32,000 nt of DNA, from the NCBI GenBank assembly GCA_944383545.1, contig CALWPY010000001.1, positions 11,980 to 43,979 on the forward strand, written 5' to 3'. Numbering within the stretch: position 1 is the first letter of the stretch; each line of letters starts with the position of its first letter. Below the pieces are notes generated by a model. The model saw nothing but the letters and a program-made list of their open reading frames with translations. It made no database searches and was not told where the DNA came from. Source of the stretch: an uncultured Lachnospiraceae bacterium. GTDB taxonomy: Bacteria > Bacillota > Clostridia > Lachnospirales > Lachnospiraceae. Positions 27,563 through 32,000 of this stretch are shown one piece after another. A program made the translations under genes and the position numbers.

Positions 27563-28954
27563 CTATTTATCCTGAGGATTTATCTTTTTTATGATAATCT
27601 GTATCATTGCGTTAAATTCCTCATCCTCTTCCATTTTTTTCTTAACATTTTTTATTCCGCTCATAACTGTGGCATGATTTTTTCCACCTACAATGTCTCC
27701 TATTGAATGAAGAGTTTTAGCCGTATAGTTACGGCAGAGATACATAACTATCTGTCTTGCTATTGCTATGTCCTGACTTCTCTTTTTGGAGCATATGTCT
27801 TCTGTGGATATATTTAAGTGTTCAGCAACAGTATTTAATATGAGCTCACCGGTTATGGAAGTGTTTGAATCCTTCGAGATAAGGTCCTTTAAAGTATCTT
27901 TTGCCAGGTCAACCGTAATATCAACATTTATAAGCTTTGAATATACACTTATCTTGTTTAAGGCTCCCTCAAGCTCACGCACGTTTGATACAATGTTTTC
28001 TGCAATATATTTAAATACATCATCAGAAATGTTTGTAAGGTTATCCATTTCGGCCTTATTTTTAAGGATGGCCATACGTGTTTCATAATCAGGGGCATGA
28101 ATATCAATAGGAACTCCCCATTCAAAACGTGAACGGATTCTTTCTTCAAGTGATTTTATTTCCTTTGGAGGTTTATCCGAGGAAAGAATTATCTGTTTTT
28201 TAGCTTCATATAAGAAATTAAAGGTATTGAAAAATTCCTGCTGTGTTCTTTCACGGCCTATGATTTCCTGAATATCATCAATTAAAAGTACATCTACCTG
28301 TCTGTATTTAGCTCTGAATTCTTCAGTTTTATTCTTTTGTATGGCATCAATAATTTCATTAGTAAAAGTTTCTGAAGAAACATACAGGACGTTTGCTTCA
28401 TCGTCATGCTGAAGTATGTAATGTGCTATTGACTGCATAAGGTGAGTTTTTCCAAGTCCTGAGCCTCCGTAAATAAAAAGAGGGTTAAAATTATCCTGTG
28501 AAGGAAGGTCAGCTACTGCAAGACATGTAGCATAGGCATGTCTGTTACTGTCACCTACAATAAAATTATCGAATGTATATTTAGGATTTAAATTACTTCT
28601 TCTTATTGCATCACGATAAGCCTTGCTGTAAGAAGCATCCTCGTTTTCCTGAGAATCTTCTTTATTAAAAGTCTTGGCAAGGTTTGATTTTTCATCTATA
28701 ACTATTTCAATATCAGCATTGTTTAGAATTTCTCTAATGGAAGAAAGAAGAAATATATCATAACCCTTCTTGTGGAGATAATCTACTCCGAATTTACCTC
28801 TCTGTTCATCAACAAAAAAGTATATGGTATTATTTCTTACTTCATAAACTTTAATAGAACGTATCCATGTATCTATAATAATTTTTGATACGTCATATTG
28901 AGTTTCCAGAAGGTAGAGAATATCTTCCCATTTGCTTTCAATCAGTTTCTTCAT
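27563..28954 (-). CDS. dnaA: Chromosomal replication initiator protein DnaA
   Basis: 463 aa. NPKYTFDNFIVGDSNRHAYA, Walker A GGSGLGKTHLMQ, Walker B LLIDDIQ, sensor SSDKPP, and the domain IV motif IARQIVMYLCR ... IGDIVGGKNHATVMSG. Confidence 0.97.
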   Translation of the reverse strand: MKKLIESKWEDILYLLETQYDVSKIIIDTWIRSIKVYEVRNNTIYFFVDEQRGKFGVDYLHKKGYDIFLLSSIREILNNADIEIVIDEKSNLAKTFNKEDSQENEDASYSKAYRDAIRRSNLNPKYTFDNFIVGDSNRHAYATCLAVADLPSQDNFNPLFIYGGSGLGKTHLMQSIAHYILQHDDEANVLYVSSETFTNEIIDAIQKNKTEEFRAKYRQVDVLLIDDIQEIIGRERTQQEFFNTFNFLYEAKKQIILSSDKPPKEIKSLEERIRSRFEWGVPIDIHAPDYETRMAILKNKAEMDNLTNISDDVFKYIAENIVSNVRELEGALNKISVYSKLINVDITVDLAKDTLKDLISKDSNTSITGELILNTVAEHLNISTEDICSKKRSQDIAIARQIVMYLCRNYTAKTLHSIGDIVGGKNHATVMSGIKNVKKKMEEDEEFNAMIQIIIKKINPQDK

Positions 28955-29040
28955 TTTATATAAAGCCTTTCAAAACAGTAAAAATTTAAGTGTGCATAAT
29001 TACTTATATAATACATCAAAAATTAAAAAGAAACAAGATT

Positions 29041-29340
29041 AATTGTGGATTATTGGATATGTTTTATTTGTATAAAGAGATATAAAATAAAGGGTGATAA
29101 TGTATATTTAAATTCAAGCTAAAATCTGTCGAAGGTCTGATAAAAATAACATATCTTTATAAACAATTACTTCCTGCGGAACTCGTGCTTTGCACTCAAA
29201 CAGTCCTCGGAAGTAATTATAAAGATATATTATTTTTAAGACCCTCTGACAGATTACGCAAATGAATTATAAATATACATTTTCACCTTTATTTTTGTAT
29301 TCTTTAAAATCAAATAAAACATAACCTATAATCTACAATT
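29041..29340. repeat. Long imperfect palindrome E1 (~300 bp, arms ~130 bp) with a GC-rich apex
   Basis: The left arm 29041-29173 aligns with the reverse complement of 29210-29340 over its full length, with small indels. Examples are aattgtggattattggatatgttttatttg vs aattgtagattataggttatgttttatttg, and aatctgtcgaaggtct vs aatctgtcagagggtct. Apex at 29174-29209. Confidence 0.85.
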
Positions 29341-29404
29341 AATAAATACTGCTTTATTACTACAGTTTTTTAAGGTGATATTAAGATGAGTTTTTATTTT
29401 TTGT

Positions 29405-29640
29405 TGAAACAATATAAAAATAAAGTATATATGTTATGTTTATAATTTATTTGTGATATCTGCTATAAACTCTTAAAATATGATTTTAGCTAATAAATAT
29501 GCACGAGGACTGTCTGACGGCGAAGCCGGAGTTCCGCAGTGCATATTTTATGAGCAAAATCATGTTTTTTAGAGTTTAAGCAGATGTTAACACGAATTAT
29601 AAACATAATATATATACCTTATTTTATATATTTCATAAAA
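29405..29640. repeat. Long imperfect palindrome E2 (core ~235 bp, weaker pairing out to about 29375-29665), apex inverted relative to E1
   Basis: The left arm (ataaaaataaagtatatatgttatgtttataattt ... tgattttagctaataaatatgcac) pairs with the right arm (gtgcatattttatgagcaaaatca ... aattataaacataatatatatacctta ttttat). Apex at 29504-29539. Confidence 0.8.
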
Positions 29641-29953
29641 AATAAATAATTATGTTAAGTAAATTTTATGTTTTGTGGATTAAATAAAATGTGAAAAATA
29701 TCGAAAAATAAACATTTAGTAAAATAACTAACAATAATACACACAGTTATTAACAAGTTTTAAACAAATTGTTGATAACATTACGTAAACCAAGTGATTA
29801 TTTTTAAATTTATTGTAGGAAATTTTATTATAAATATTGTGATAATTTTGCTGTTTAGCTTGACTTTTAATACTGTATCAAATAAAATAAGTTCGGTCTG
29901 TTTTCTTAACGGACGGAAATTTATATCTAAATAGGAAAGAGAGGTGTATTGAG

Positions 29954-30088
29954 ATGAAGATGACATTCCAGCCAAAGAAGAGGTCCAGGTCTAAAGTTCA
30001 TGGTTTCAGAAAGAGAATGAGTACTGCTAACGGCAGAAAGGTATTAGCTGCAAGAAGAGCTAAAGGCAGAAAAGTATTATCAGCCTAG
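29954..30088 (+). CDS. rpmH: 50S ribosomal protein L34
   Basis: 44-aa ORF, too short to appear in the supplied track: [50 protein letters not shown] lies 9 nt upstream of the start codon. It sits in the canonical position upstream of rnpA. Confidence 0.95.
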   Translation: MKMTFQPKKRSRSKVHGFRKRMSTANGRKVLAARRAKGRKVLSA

Positions 30089-30115
30089 GTCACAATGCAT
30101 GTGGCCTTTTATTTT
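30087..30115 (+). terminator. Hairpin plus T-run between rpmH and rnpA (partial terminator or attenuator)
   Basis: aggtcaca-atgca-tgtggcct followed by tttatttt. It overlaps the rpmH stop codon. Confidence 0.45.
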
Positions 30116-30142
30116 CCCTGATGTTTGTTTAAGGAGAATAAT

Positions 30143-30484
30143 ATGAGAAATATAAATTCACTTAAAAATGACAGAGAGTTCGGCATGGTTTATAACCACA
30201 AAGAATCGTATGCCAATAAATATTTAGTGATGTATCTCAGAGCCAACGATATGGGATGCAGTAGAATCGGAATTTCTGTCAGCAAAAAAGTTGGCAACAG
30301 TGTGGTTAGGCACCGCATTGTAAGATTGATTAGGGAAAGTTACAGATTGAACAAGGGTAATTTGAAAGATGGCTATGACATGGTTGTTGTAGCCAGGGTG
30401 AATTCAAAAGGAAAAGGTTTTAAAGAAATAGAAAGTGCTTTTCTTCATTTGTGTTCACTTCATCGGATTCTTAAAAATCAGTAA
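30143..30484 (+). CDS. rnpA: Ribonuclease P protein component
   Basis: LKNDREFGMVYNHKESYANKYLVMY ... RIGISVSKKVGNSVVRHRIVRLIRESYR contains the RNR motif region. I prefer the ATG at 30143, with AAGGAG 6 nt upstream, over the TTG at 30125 used by the track. Confidence 0.9.
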   Translation: MRNINSLKNDREFGMVYNHKESYANKYLVMYLRANDMGCSRIGISVSKKVGNSVVRHRIVRLIRESYRLNKGNLKDGYDMVVVARVNSKGKGFKEIESAFLHLCSLHRILKNQ

Positions 30485-30496
30485 GAAGAAGTTTAT

Positions 30497-30709
30497 ATGA
30501 AAAAAATTTGTATTTGTTTAATTAAGATGTATAGGAAATATATATCACCTTTAAAAAGGCATGGCACCTGTATTTTTTATCCTACATGCTCGGAATATGC
30601 CATACAGGCATATGAAAAATATGGTTTTTTAAAAGGTACCGGGCTTACGATATGGAGAATTTTAAGATGCAATCCATTTTCAGAAGGTGGATATGATCCT
30701 GTTCCTTAA
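30497..30709 (+). CDS. yidD: Membrane protein insertion efficiency factor YidD
   Basis: 70 aa. [36 protein letters not shown] ... [17 protein letters not shown] is the canonical YidD signature. Confidence 0.93.
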   Translation: MKKICICLIKMYRKYISPLKRHGTCIFYPTCSEYAIQAYEKYGFLKGTGLTIWRILRCNPFSEGGYDPVP

Positions 30710-30721
30710 AGAGGAGGAAAT

Positions 30722-31993
30722 ATGTTTTTAACACAGGAAGACGGAATAATAATGGGACCATTGTCCAGACTTCTTGGATGGATAATGAATGCCATTTATA
30801 ATGTCTTGGATTCGATTGGAATTCCTAATATCGCAATCTGTATTATAGTATTTACATTATTTGTAAGACTTTGTCTTTATCCTTTAAATTTAAAACAGAC
30901 AAAATCATCAAGAATACAGAGATATTTACAACCGCAATTTAATAAGATAACAAAAAAATACAGAAATAAAAAAGACCAGGAATCTATGCTTAAGCAGAAT
31001 CAGGAAATTAGGGAGCTGCAGTCTGAATACGGAATTAAGATGACTTCAGGATGTCTTACTTCCATTATCCAGCTTCCTATATTCTTTGCACTTTATAATG
31101 TAATAAGAAATATTCCTGCTTATGTAGATAAAGTCAAAAGTCTTTATACTCCTATCGCAGAAAAAATTAATGATGTTTTAGTAGGAGGTACTTCTACAGA
31201 AGTATTAAATAATTTTGCAAGTGAAAATGGTATTGTCGGAGTAAGTGATGTTACAGTAGGAAATACAAATCAGATTATTGACATACTTGATAAATGCGAT
31301 TCAAGTGCATGGAGTTCATTAAAAGAGGTTTTCACTTCACATCAGGGTGTTATAAATGCAATAAATGAATATCTTCCCAAAATACAGGATGTAAATGATT
31401 TTATTTTTGGTATAGATATGACCGAAGCTCCGGGATTCAGACTTTCATGGGCATTGATAATACCTATATTATCAATGGTATTCCAGTATCTTAGTTTAAC
31501 AATTATGCCAATGCAGGATTCATCAGACCCTCAACAGCAGCAGTCGATGGCTATGATGAAAATTATGACAAAGATTATGCCTATATTTTCATTTGTAGTA
31601 TGTATCGGAGTTCCTGCCGGTGTAGGTTTATACTGGGCAACAGGTTCTTTGATAAGCTTTTTAATGACATTAATCACAAATAAATACTATGACCATTGTG
31701 ATATGGAAAAACTTGTTGAAAAGCAGAAAGAGAAAGCAGCTAAAAAGAATGCCCGCAAAAAGAAAAAAGGAAAGAAGTCATTCATGGAAAAACTTACGGA
31801 AGCAGCTTACGGTAGCGGAGAAAGTTCACAGACTTCTTCTAAATACATGGAAAATATAAATTCTACAAAATTAAAGAATTATACATCAAATACATCCGCT
31901 GAAACGAATAAGGATGTAAAGTACAGAGCCGGAAGTATTGCTTCTAAGGCAAATGCATTGAAGCAGTATAATGAAAAAGGAGGCAAAGAGTAA
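30722..31993 (+). CDS. yidC: YidC/Oxa1-family membrane insertase
   Basis: 423 aa. YidC core helices (IAICIIVFTLFVRLCLYPLNLKQTKS ... QLPIFFALYNVI ... PAGVGLYWATGSLISF). About 100 aa are inserted between core helices. The C-terminal tail is long and basic (KKNARKKKKGKK). Confidence 0.88.
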   Translation: MFLTQEDGIIMGPLSRLLGWIMNAIYNVLDSIGIPNIAICIIVFTLFVRLCLYPLNLKQTKSSRIQRYLQPQFNKITKKYRNKKDQESMLKQNQEIRELQSEYGIKMTSGCLTSIIQLPIFFALYNVIRNIPAYVDKVKSLYTPIAEKINDVLVGGTSTEVLNNFASENGIVGVSDVTVGNTNQIIDILDKCDSSAWSSLKEVFTSHQGVINAINEYLPKIQDVNDFIFGIDMTEAPGFRLSWALIIPILSMVFQYLSLTIMPMQDSSDPQQQQSMAMMKIMTKIMPIFSFVVCIGVPAGVGLYWATGSLISFLMTLITNKYYDHCDMEKLVEKQKEKAAKKNARKKKKGKKSFMEKLTEAAYGSGESSQTSSKYMENINSTKLKNYTSNTSAETNKDVKYRAGSIASKANALKQYNEKGGKE

Positions 31994-32000
31994 TGGAATT

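Larger units (their letters stand above)
28991..29778. promoter_or_regulatory. oriC DnaA-box cluster upstream of dnaA (dnaA-rpmH spacer)
   Basis: Near-consensus TTATCCACA sites: tgtgcataa 28991-28999 (8/9), tgtggatta 29044-29052 (8/9), taatctaca 29329-29337 (7/9), tgtggatta 29674-29682 (8/9), and tgttgataa 29770-29778 (8/9). The spacer is about 1 kb and very AT-rich. Confidence 0.55.

Noticed and set aside
29781-29975. 64-aa minus-strand ORF in the origin spacer
   Set aside because: It is low-complexity and AT-driven, overlaps the rpmH start and promoter region, has no ribosome-binding site, and resembles no protein I recognise.
30125-30142. TTG start for rnpA as given in the ORF track
   Set aside because: The ATG at 30143 has an AAGGAG Shine-Dalgarno 6 nt upstream, and that AAGGAG lies inside the proposed N-terminal extension. 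The shorter form is the likely gene.

Overview
The window is the replication-origin region of a low-GC Firmicutes (Clostridia-like) chromosome. The backbone is dnaA-dnaN-yaaA-recF-gyrB-gyrA on the minus strand, diverging from rpmH-rnpA-yidD-yidC on the plus strand. The origin looks bipartite: DnaA-box-like sites lie upstream of dnaA, and a DnaA-box, DnaA-trio and AT-rich unwinding module lies between dnaA and dnaN. Leftward on the minus strand are split class I fumarate hydratase genes, a tRNA-Ser/Asn/Cys cluster, ttcA, a PLP-dependent decarboxylase and a CarD-like regulator. Further left are a large bifunctional cell-wall hydrolase, a small-protein operon, the ptb-buk butyrate genes and a Q/N-rich membrane protein.

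The accessory part spans about 8296-14792. It holds an IS1182-family insertion sequence whose transposase-proximal 42-bp end occurs twice as an exact copy. The two copies bracket a 4.6-kb four-gene cassette: a Phd/YefM-like small protein, a fused PD-(D/E)xK nuclease plus gamma-class N6-adenine methyltransferase (BcgI-like, Type IIB style), a two-TRD specificity subunit, and a translationally coupled 257-aa unknown protein with an Rx4H (HEPN-like) motif. This is the best candidate for an unusual defence module.

Two unexplained non-coding structures also stand out:
- A GC-rich 109-bp hairpin-rich unit is repeated in tandem directly upstream of the CarD-like gene.
- Two adjacent long imperfect palindromes (about 240-300 bp) in the dnaA-rpmH spacer share a conserved apical motif with compensatory stem changes.

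All calls rest on reading the sequence and recognising motifs. No database search was run.
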